A stretch of DNA of 64,000 nucleotides, taken from positions 3,102,001 to 3,166,000 of the forward strand of contig CM075994.1 in the NCBI GenBank assembly GCA_038087875.1, in the 5' to 3' direction. Under the pieces are notes generated by a model, which was given only the letters and a program-made list of their open reading frames with translations, was not told the DNA's origin and did not search any database. Shown here piece after piece: positions 58,601 through 64,000 of this stretch. Every line of letters begins with the position of its first letter. The stretch's first letter is position 1. The stretch is from Malacoraja senta (taxonomy: Eukaryota). A program made the translations under genes and the position numbers.

Positions 58601-61600
58601 ATAATGAGGAACACAATTAATGTCTGAATAGGTGGTCTCGATCCGAAACGTCACCCGTTCCTTCTCTCCAGAGATGCTGCCTGTCCGGCGTAGTTACTCC
58701 AGCATTTTGCGCCTATCTTCGATTTAAACCAGCATCTGCTGTTCCTTCCTAAACAAAATTAATGTTGTAAATTCATGATGTTCCATCGGACCTTTTTGTC
58801 GCTCTTATGAAATGGCTTCCATATAGAGCATTAACTCAGTATTGTTCTTCTCGGATATTGGTTGTTGTGCTTGATAACTCCAGAAACTTCAAGTTTATTT
58901 CATGAAAATCTCAAGTATTTGCAGATTTTATTTTGAGCTCGCGGTGAATTAATTGGAAAATTAACCTGGAAACCAATAGTAACTGCAGGATTTTGTTTTT
59001 TTATTTGTACACTGAATTATTGAGTGTACTTCATTCAATTAAAAAACAATTATATAACACACCCGCGTTACCAATCAGCGCTGACAATCGATTTCACTAT
59101 TTTTGCGATCGTCAATATTTTCATGACATAATCAATTAGTTTTAAACTGGTCTTGGACATCAGAGAATATCAATCAAATTATCTCTTCAATGTTATTTCG
59201 CGGGGAAAAAAATCTGAATACAGAGCAAATATTTCCTTTAACCGTATGCTTCATTTTGTCAACCCTCTGAGACGCTATGTTTTCATGGTTAAAGATTTGT
59301 AGTGTTCCCAGTAGACGCAATATTTACTGCCACGTGGTGACATTGCGTGTGTAATTTTACATCAATAAGCAGAAAACCGTCACTGAGGATCAGAACGCGA
59401 ATCAATCAAGGAGTTCAAGAATGGCTCAGCAACAGTTCTGCACATAGCATGTTCTTTTAACTAGATTTATTGGATGGGAGGTAGACAAAAGTGCTGGAGA
59501 AACTCAGCGGGTGCGACGGAAATAGGCAACGTTTCGGGCAGAAACCCTTCTTCAGAATGATGTAGGTTGTGGGGGTGGGTGGCGGGAAGAAAGAAGGAAG
59601 AGGAGGAGCCAGAGGGCTGAGGGAGAGCTGAGAAGAGGAGGAGACAACAAGGGCTACCGGAAATTGGAGAAGTCAAAGTTCATGCCGCTGGGGTATAGAC
59701 TGCACAAGCGAAATATGAGGTGCTATTCCTCCCAAATCCGGTGGTGCTCACTTTGTCCATGGAGGTGGCCCAGGACAGAAAAGTCGGATTCTGAATTGGA
59801 GGGGGAGTTGAAGTGCTGAGCCGCCGGGAGGTCAGGTAGGTTATTGCGGGCCGAGCGGAGGTGTTCGGCGAAACGATCGCCAAGCCTACGCTTGGTCTCA
59901 CCGATGTAGACTAGCTGACATCTAGCTGGTTGTTACCATTCTACCATTTTAATGAAAAGCAATTGCCTTTATATTTTCATTCGTTCTCGCCTTTCGTTAG
60001 GTATAATGGAAAGTGGCCAAATGATGCAAGGTCAATTCAAATTTGATATAGTACGCACTATCTAATTTGAGGAAAACAAGCAAAACGCCATCTTCTCCTT
60101 TAACGAGGATATATGAAATGATCAAATATAAATATTATAGAATATATGTCTATGTTCATTTATACTTTGTGCATTGTAGAAGAACAAATGAGGGAAAAAG
60201 ACCGAGGTAAGAGGGGGTTGAAGACACAAATAAGATGGAAGCTGGTAGGGTTTTCATTATTCGTGTTATAAACAAAAAAATAGACTTTCTCGCCATCCAC
60301 GATTCTTGGAAGAAATTGAAAGATAGAATATTTTATTTTCGAGCTAACTCATTGGGAAGGAGTTCCTCGTTTCTCTTTGAGGTATAACTGGTCAATAATC
60401 CAAGGCAGTAATCAACGTTCTATATTGGCCTATTTCCTGATCATGTTACAACTAAAAAATATTGCATTATTCACCGATTTTGCGCCAGATTCAAAAGGCC
60501 ACAAGATAAACACAGACCATCAAAGAGTCCTTAATCAATATACGTCTATCTATATAAAACCGTTATCTTGTCGTCTTCCGGTTTGCGTTGTTTTTTAATT
60601 TGCGCAAAAGGGGTACCAGATAGCGCAAAGGTTTTTCGCCATTTTACTCGCCATTCTCCTGTGATGTAGAAGCATCAAGTTTTATTCCGATCGGGGAAAT
60701 TTTACAAAAGTTATTCGTCTGTCGTTTGCCGGATGGCGACGCCCCTTCCGGCACCCGCTGTCAATCACTGGGGGCGCGAAAGAATCTGAAGGAACGGAGT
60801 GAGCATAGAGGGGCGGGGGCTGTGTTCACGGGCGGGGGCTGTGTTCTCGGGCGTGGGCGGCGACGACCACGACGAGCCGGGGGCCACTGAGAGTAGCCGG
60901 GGCTGGGAGCTGCTAAGGGTGTCTGGAGCCGGGTCCTGGAGCAGGTGAGTGCTGTCCGAGCCGCGGCCGGGAGCGGCTGAGCCCACACCCCCCCCACCCC
61001 TCTTCCGCCAACCCCCTCCCACAACCCCCACCACCCCATAACACACACCTCACAAACACACACCACCCCCCTCATACATACACGCCCTCCCTTACCCCAC
61101 AACTCCCCTGCACCATCCCACCACCCCACACCTCCCTCCCCCACAAACACCACTCTCCCACACACCCCTCTCCTAAATAGAACTCCCCTTCCGCACACAC
61201 TTCCCCTACCACACCCCAGCGCCAACCCCCCTCCTCCACAACACACCCCTCCCCACACCCCCACCTCCACACCCACTCCGCCACACAACCCCTCCCCACA
61301 CACCTCCTCCCCCACACACCACCACCCAACACACGCCCTCCCGCACGCAATCCCCTCCCCACACACACTCCATCCCCCATACAATCCCCATCCCCCACAC
61401 CGCTCCCGCAAACCCCCTCCCATACACACCCCTCCCCCACAACACCCTCCCCACCCCCTATCCCAGGCCAACACCTCCCGCACACCCGCACCCCCCACAC
61501 GCCCCTTCAATAACAATCCCCGCACAACATACCCCCTCTCCCACACAGCCTCTCCCCCACACTTCCCACCTCCCCCACACACCCCACCCCCCCACAACCC

Positions 61601-63055
61601 GCACCATACCCACACACCGCAAACACATCCCTCCCCAAGCACCCCATCTCTCCACACCACTCCCCTCCCCACTCACCCCCTCCCCCCCTCCCAACACATC
61701 GCACCCCCCACACCCACCTCCCCACACACCGCCCCTCCCCACACAACCCCTCTACACAAACTCCCCTCTCCCCACACAACCTTCACCCACACACACCCTC
61801 CCACAGACCCCGCCCCCTCACATCGCGCTCCCCCACACAACTCTCCCTCCCCCTCCCCCAATACCCCTCCCACGCACCTCCTCCCCACCGTCCCTCCCCA
61901 ACACCCCACCCCCCTTACTCCGCCACCCCCACCTCCTCCCACGCACACCTTCCCTCCCCACTCTCCTTCCTCCCCCACACCCCCTTCCCGCACAAACTCC
62001 TCCCCTGGATGCACGACGATCCTCGCCTGAAGCCGTCCCCTTCCTCCGGCTATAGAACGCTGCCGCCGTTGCGTTCCGGGAACAGGTGCGTGGGGGAATT
62101 TTGCATTGCGAAATGGGTTGCGTTGGGGGATCAGGCCTCCCGTGTGACTGGGACCCCACGGGTCCCACTGAGTAATTTAATTCTATAACATGGACGATTG
62201 CTCTGTGTAAATTTCATGTTGTTTCAACCTTTCAGTCTGAAGGAAGTTATAGCAAAGTCTCAATCAATAATTTATTGTAACAGTTGGTTCTTTTCATGTT
62301 TCTTTTCAGAAATTAAACGATTGGAAGAACGTGTAAAGGATGCAGGTTAGACTAAAAACATGTGTACTGTTTTCGGTCACTAAGAAATCCACCAGAATGT
62401 TCGATACACGTGGGCGGGCATGCAACTCTATGTGCACGAAACACATAAACTTATATGGACTTTTATTTATTTATTTGTGCACAAAGGGCCAACATTAATA
62501 CAAACATCATACTCCTTTCATACAAACATCATGCGTCGGTCACTAGATGCGTTTACATTATGTTACATGTCGTGCCTGTTGCTTGAGACACATCGGGTTG
62601 AAGGAAACTGGGCTCGCCTTCGCTTTGCGGCTTTACGCTACTGGCATATCTGGCACACNNNNNNNNNNNNNNNNNNNNNNNNNNNNNNNNNNNNNNNNNN
62701 NNNNNNNNNNNNNNNNNNNNNNNNNNNNNNNNNNNNNNNNNNNNNNNNNNNNNNNNNNNNNNNNNNNNNNNNNNNNNNNNNNNNNNNNNNNNNNNNNNNN
62801 NNNNNNNNNNNNNNNNNNNNNNNNNNNNNNNNNNNNNNNNNNNNNNNNNNNNNNNNNNAAATGGCAAACCCAGAAATCTTTTCCAGAGGGCCTGTACATA
62901 ATCTGTGGATATGATCTCGTATTAAAGGGGAGAGAAATGCTCATCTGTCTACTGTTTTCTCATGTCATATATTTTGTTGTTTTTCTACCAATTTGAAAAC
63001 TTTGCATTGCTTTGGTTGCATTGTACAGAAGAAGAACGAATGCTGCAAAAAACAG
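6008..63055 (+). CDS. Partial multi-exon host gene: 26 micro-exons encoding a 21-aa-repeat coiled-coil-like protein (792 nt / 264 aa within window; ends not seen)
   Basis: Each exon is AG...G|GT (one G|GC), a multiple of 3 and phase 1-1. Spliced: [264 protein letters not shown]. The first residue assumes an upstream exon ending in G. Confidence 0.88.
6525..7455 (+). mobile_element. CR1 LINE 3' fragment
   Basis: KFADD...[36 protein letters not shown]; ttctat repeat tail; internal stop. Confidence 0.92.
9346..9369 (+). CDS. 24-nt micro-exon (EETETIDD)
   Basis: ttttttacag|aggaaacagaaacaatagatgatg|gtaagt. Confidence 0.8.
10001..10291 (-). mobile_element. Short non-autonomous Helitron-like element
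   Basis: Minus strand begins TCTATAATATT and ends with hairpin gtgggaccc-tac-gggtcccac. Its 5' 170 nt align by eye to 60545-60714. It is absent from the paralogous block near 8915. Confidence 0.6.
10645..10668 (+). CDS. 24-nt micro-exon (AKAETKND)
   Basis: ttttacag|cgaaagccgaaacaaagaatgacg|gtcagt. Confidence 0.78.
11752..15222 (-). mobile_element. Long CR1 LINE: ORF1 3' part (SGNH-esterase-like), ORF2 APE endonuclease plus RT, inactivated
   Basis: ORF1 end [12 protein letters not shown] motifs YFNARS, SETWL, GVYYRPP, GDFN, SDH; RT motifs [18 protein letters not shown] 16-nt duplication near 13932 causes a frameshift, there is a stop at 12194, YADD is mutated to DADD, and the tail is (ATAACCAT)n. 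Confidence 0.95.
15664..15690 (+). CDS. 27-nt micro-exon (EVEAVFGQP)
   Basis: tttttctttag|aagtggaagccgttttcgggcagcctg|gtaagc. Confidence 0.72.
17040..17075 (+). CDS. 36-nt micro-exon ([12 protein letters not shown])
   Basis: attacag|atattaaacaa...gaagatgcag|gtcaga. Confidence 0.85.
17361..17783 (+). mobile_element. CR1 LINE 3' end fragment
   Basis: [16 protein letters not shown]1-type 3' UTR; absent from the paralogous block near 33805. Confidence 0.88.
17880..18885 (-). mobile_element. Two nested Rex1/Babar (L2-like) LINE fragments
   Basis: [14 protein letters not shown]...[12 protein letters not shown] (18015-18623) interrupts an older fragment (18626-18937) that has a paralog at 34344-34845. 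Confidence 0.8.
19381..19407 (+). CDS. 27-nt micro-exon (EKQFKLKSE)
   Basis: ttttcccttgcag|aaaaacaatttaaactcaagagcgaag|gtaaca. Confidence 0.8.
19495..19679. repeat. (AAT)n/(ATT)n tract with ~45-bp inverted repeat arms
   Basis: aagcctgtattatgcataataatcaagtttcataataat at 19559 is the reverse complement (1 mismatch) of the sequence ending at 19679. Confidence 0.9.
19693..19728 (+). CDS. 36-nt micro-exon with GC donor ([12 protein letters not shown])
   Basis: ttgcgtattcag|ttataacacaaaccacagagagattgcatctcgaag|gcaagc; exact length and position expected from the 27/36 alternation. Confidence 0.6.
20762..23042 (-). mobile_element. Decayed CR1 LINE (ORF2 part)
   Basis: [30 protein letters not shown]; (CATAGAAA)n tail. 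Confidence 0.92.
23043..23945 (+). mobile_element. Unclassified repeat with recurring tgatgtcacaatg motifs, related to the interior of the 2398-5800 elements
   Basis: Motif variants near 23178, 23249, 23477, 23530 and 23813, also at 2930, 3047 and 4732; three internal ~300-nt subrepeats. Confidence 0.55.
23955..24848 (-). mobile_element. CR1 LINE 3' fragment whose tail is interrupted by a ~190-nt insert (23983-24172, possibly a solo LTR)
   Basis: [24 protein letters not shown] tail; insert contains AATAAA at 24101. Confidence 0.8.
26402..26428 (+). CDS. 27-nt micro-exon (DEETQEKEP)
   Basis: ccttgcag|acgaagagacacaagagaaagaacctg|gtaaac. Confidence 0.82.
27624..27975 (-). mobile_element. tRNA-derived SINE with CORE-like domain and L2-type (TTA)n tail
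   Basis: Minus strand: A box TGGCGCAATCGG, B box GGTTCGAATCC, gtgtccttgggcaagacactt, and aaggcgctatataaat...(tta)n. Confidence 0.8.
27983..29910 (-). mobile_element. 5'-truncated CR1 LINE, same young subfamily as 11752-15222
   Basis: Near-identical RT protein, YADD intact, frameshift near 28780; same tail and internal poly-T. Confidence 0.95.
30174..30209 (+). CDS. 36-nt micro-exon ([12 protein letters not shown])
   Basis: attacag|atattaaaagatta...gctcgag|gtcagt. Confidence 0.83.
30350..30765 (-). mobile_element. Penelope-like element fragment
   Basis: Homologous by eye to 59480-59925 (gtagacacaaaatgctggagtaactcagcggg...). Confidence 0.7.
30780..32448 (+). mobile_element. Rex1/Babar-type LINE 3' half, split by a nested CR1 (about 30905-31524)
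   Basis: [20 protein letters not shown] | [11 protein letters not shown] resumes after the CR1 tail; ATCAA flanks both sides of the CR1; (ACTTG)n tail. Confidence 0.9.
32995..33021 (+). CDS. 27-nt micro-exon (EEQVKEKET)
   Basis: ctgtag|aggaacaagtgaaagaaaaagaaacag|gtaatc. Confidence 0.85.
33485..33520 (+). CDS. 36-nt micro-exon ([12 protein letters not shown])
   Basis: attacag|acattaaacgattgg...gaagatgcag|gttaga. Confidence 0.87.
34250..34845 (-). mobile_element. Old Rex/Babar-like LINE fragment
   Basis: [19 protein letters not shown]; paralog of 18626-18937. Confidence 0.75.
35240..35548 (+). mobile_element. V-domain tRNA-derived SINE (HE1/HER1-like)
   Basis: ggcacggtggcgcagcgg A box; ggtcgatcc B box; V-domain-like ttctcccc...cggtttactcccacactccaaagac; (CTAAA)n tail. 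Confidence 0.75.
36098..36124 (+). CDS. 27-nt micro-exon (EEHLREKES)
   Basis: catcttgcag|aggagcacctgagagaaaaggaatcgg|gtaagt. Confidence 0.87.
36157..37610 (-). mobile_element. Composite non-autonomous Helitron-like element(s) with internal minisatellites
   Basis: Hairpin gacccgccgggtc at 36174; minus-strand 5' end TCTATATCATTAAAAG at 36906, second copy near 37607; ~50-nt repeat x3 at 36456-36580. Confidence 0.55.
36907..37115. repeat. 19-bp minisatellite (aggcaaggcaactttaatt) about x11
   Basis: direct reading. Confidence 0.92.
37718..38270 (+). mobile_element. L1-clade LINE extreme 3' fragment inserted into a (GAAT)n tract
   Basis: [30 protein letters not shown]...[13 protein letters not shown] resembles an L1 ORF2 C-terminus; AATAAA plus A-rich tail; atgaatgaatgatt on both flanks. 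Confidence 0.65.
38271..38398. repeat. (GAAT)n microsatellite
   Basis: direct reading. Confidence 0.95.
39779..39814 (+). CDS. 36-nt micro-exon ([12 protein letters not shown])
   Basis: cttcattccag|aaataaagcgattg...ggatacag|gtaaga. Confidence 0.88.
40208..40234 (+). CDS. 27-nt micro-exon (EVQLRKKDA)
   Basis: gtgtgcag|aagttcaactgcgaaaaaaagatgcag|gtaaaa. Confidence 0.87.
42290..42325 (+). CDS. 36-nt micro-exon ([12 protein letters not shown])
   Basis: cttttttgtcag|aaatatcccgattg...ttttcaag|gtcgga. Confidence 0.8.
42790..43380 (+). mobile_element. Decayed Penelope-like fragment
   Basis: [17 protein letters not shown] resembles the GIY-YIG C-terminus; 3' terminal repeat resembles those at 51620-51750 and 58630-58750. 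Confidence 0.6.
43611..47820 (-). mobile_element. Decayed Ty3/Gypsy LTR retrotransposon (gag-PR-RT-RH-IN); 3' LTR at about 43611-43824, 5' LTR not seen
   Basis: Zn knuckle [14 protein letters not shown]; protease [17 protein letters not shown]; RNase [21 protein letters not shown]; integrase [18 protein letters not shown] ggggaagga then TGTA...TACA; many frameshifts. Confidence 0.93.
48153..48179 (+). CDS. 27-nt micro-exon (EDQLKEKES)
   Basis: aatcaaag|aggatcaactgaaagaaaaagaatcag|gtaatc; AAG acceptor. Confidence 0.8.
49410..49445 (+). CDS. 36-nt micro-exon ([12 protein letters not shown])
   Basis: tttcattccag|aatcaagacgtctt...aaatttag|gtctgt. Confidence 0.78.
   Translation, partial: NQDVLYKPKKI
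49744..49770 (+). CDS. 27-nt micro-exon (EEQLRDKAA)
   Basis: ccccgtag|aagaacaactgagagataaagcggcag|gtaaac. Confidence 0.87.
50620..51095 (-). mobile_element. Decayed CR1 3' fragment
   Basis: [15 protein letters not shown]...VNLWNALP. Confidence 0.85.
51150..51750 (+). mobile_element. Decayed Penelope-like fragment
   Basis: Similar to the reverse complement of 59480-59800. Confidence 0.6.
51837..51872 (+). CDS. 36-nt micro-exon ([12 protein letters not shown])
   Basis: tttgtttatag|aaataaggcgattc...gaagaag|gtcagt. Confidence 0.86.
52219..52245 (+). CDS. 27-nt micro-exon (EDKLNQERA)
   Basis: tgttgcag|aagataaactgaaccaagaaagagcag|gtaaga. Confidence 0.87.
52396..53426 (+). mobile_element. Mini LTR element: 90-bp LTRs, PBS, gag-only interior
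   Basis: LTRs 52396-52485 and 53337-53426 (TG...CA, 2 mismatches); tggtgacccc directly after the 5' LTR; Gypsy gag-like [22 protein letters not shown] with [13 protein letters not shown] knuckle; frameshift in poly-C near 52702. Confidence 0.88.
53859..53894 (+). CDS. 36-nt micro-exon ([12 protein letters not shown])
   Basis: ctttgtttcag|aaaccaaacgaatgg...cgatgcag|gtcagt. Confidence 0.87.
53975..54325 (-). mobile_element. Old CR1 3' end fragment
   Basis: ggagcagaattaggccgttcg...ctgtggcaatgaatccca matches the CR1 3' ends elsewhere in the window. Confidence 0.7.
55050..55076 (+). CDS. 27-nt micro-exon (EDRLKNKDT)
   Basis: tttcttgcag|aagatagactgaaaaacaaagacacag|gtaaat. Confidence 0.88.
56045..56892 (+). 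mobile_element. GC/CpG-rich unclassified retroposon-like insertion
   Basis: Sharp GC shift against AT-rich flanks; ends in (TTTGAACC)n tail; no recognisable ORF. Confidence 0.5.
58038..58073 (+). CDS. 36-nt micro-exon ([12 protein letters not shown])
   Basis: ttttcattctag|aaataaaacgatta...ggatcaag|gtcagt. Confidence 0.88.
59478..59925 (-). mobile_element. Penelope-like element 3' fragment (GIY-YIG endonuclease)
   Basis: Minus strand reads [19 protein letters not shown] from about 59908 downward. Confidence 0.85.
60180..60206 (+). CDS. 27-nt micro-exon (EEQMREKDR)
   Basis: cattgtag|aagaacaaatgagggaaaaagaccgag|gtaaga. Confidence 0.87.
60545..62177 (+). mobile_element. Non-autonomous Helitron-like element with 1-kb C/A-rich low-complexity core
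   Basis: 5' TCTATCTATATAAAAC; terminal hairpin tgggaccc-cac-gggtccca at 62149-62167; 5' region homologous to 10120-10291 (minus). Confidence 0.6.
62310..62345 (+). CDS. 36-nt micro-exon ([12 protein letters not shown])
   Basis: tttcttttcag|aaattaaacgattgg...ggatgcag|gttaga. Confidence 0.88.
62659..62858. other. Assembly gap (200 N)
   Basis: N run. Confidence 1.
63029..63055 (+). CDS. 27-nt micro-exon (EEERMLQKT)
   Basis: ttgtacag|aagaagaacgaatgctgcaaaaaacag|gtaacg; lies after the N gap. Confidence 0.8.
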
Positions 63056-63139
63056 GTAACGGGAGAAACCAAGCTTACTATGTTTTCTTTAAAGGCAAAA
63101 AAAGGCAATGTTTATTTTAAAAGCAAATAAAGACAGAAC

Positions 63140-64000
63140 ATTAGAAATGCGTGCAATCAAGGTAAACAGTTATAATGGGTGACTTCAATCTACATATAGG
63201 TTGGGTGAATCAAATTGGCTGGGGTGCTGAGGAAGATGATTTCTTGGAATGTATGCGGGATAGTTTTCTAAACCAACATGTAGAGGAAACAACGAGAGAA
63301 CAGGCTATTCTAGACTGGGTATTGACTAATGAGGAAGGGTTAGTTAGCAGTCTTGTTCTGCGTGGCCCCTTGGGCAAGAGTGACCATAATATGGTTGAGT
63401 TCATCATTAGGATGGAGAGTGACATTGTTAATTCAGAAACAAGGGTTCTGAACTTAAAGAAAGGTAACTTTGAGAGTATGAGACGTAAATTGGACAAGAT
63501 TGACTGGCAATTGATTCTTAAATGGTTGACGGTGGATATGCAATGGAAGGCAGTTAAAGACTGCATGGATGAACTACAACAATTGTTCCTCCAAGTTTGG
63601 CAAAAGAATGAATCAGGGAAGGTAGTGCATCCGTGGATAACAAGGGAAATCGGGGATAGTATCAAAACAAAAGATGATATGTAAAAATTAACCAGAAAAA
63701 GCAGCCCACCAGAGAACTGGTAGAAATTAAGAGTCCAGCAGAGGAGGACAAAGGGGTTACTAAGGAAAGGGAAAATAGATTATGAAAGAACACTGGCAGG
63801 GAACATAAAAATTGACAGCAAAAGTTGTTATAGATATGTGAAGAAAAAGAGATTAGTTAAAACAAATGTAGGTCCCTTGCAGTCAGCAACAGGTGAATTG
63901 ATCATGGGGAGCAAGGACATGGCAGACCAATTGAATAACTACTTTGGTTCTGTCTTCACTGTGGAAGACATAAATAATCTGCCGGAAATAGCAGGGGACC
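63140..64000 (+). mobile_element. CR1 LINE ORF2 fragment (APE C-terminus and linker), runs off window
   Basis: MGDFN..W...ILDWVL...GKSDHNMVEF; stop at 63682. Confidence 0.9.

Noticed and set aside
59373..59399. 27-nt stretch after cag resembling a 27-class exon
   Set aside because: In-frame TGA and no GT donor.
60761..62168. Gly/Val/Cys-rich ORFs up to 303 aa resembling a structural protein
   Set aside because: They overlap in several frames within a low-complexity tract inside a Helitron-like element.
6008..63055. Assigning a gene symbol (e.g. butyrophilin/BG, golgin, trichohyalin)
   Set aside because: No diagnostic domain exon (Ig, TM, B30.2, etc.) was found in the window; coiled-coil composition alone cannot identify the gene.

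Overview
Eukaryotic, repeat-rich vertebrate DNA, most likely a cartilaginous fish (skate/ray-like). This is inferred from the repeat content: CR1 LINEs with 8-mer tails, a V-domain SINE, Penelope and Rex/Babar fragments. Every long ORF in the supplied track is either a decayed retroelement or a microsatellite/low-complexity artefact. The host gene is invisible to the ORF track. I read 26 phase-1 micro-exons on the + strand between 6008 and 63055: three of 24 nt, then 23 that alternate strictly between 27 and 36 nt. They splice into a stop-free 264-aa peptide made of 21-aa (three-heptad) coiled-coil-like repeats, consensus about EEQLREKES-EIKRLxxxQxDA. No start or stop exon was found, so the gene probably extends beyond both window edges, and its identity is unknown. 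Intron paralogy shows the array grew by tandem duplication. The introns hold CR1, Rex/Babar, L1, Penelope, Gypsy, a gag-only mini-LTR element, SINEs and a family of non-autonomous Helitron-like elements. There is a 200-N gap at 62659-62858.
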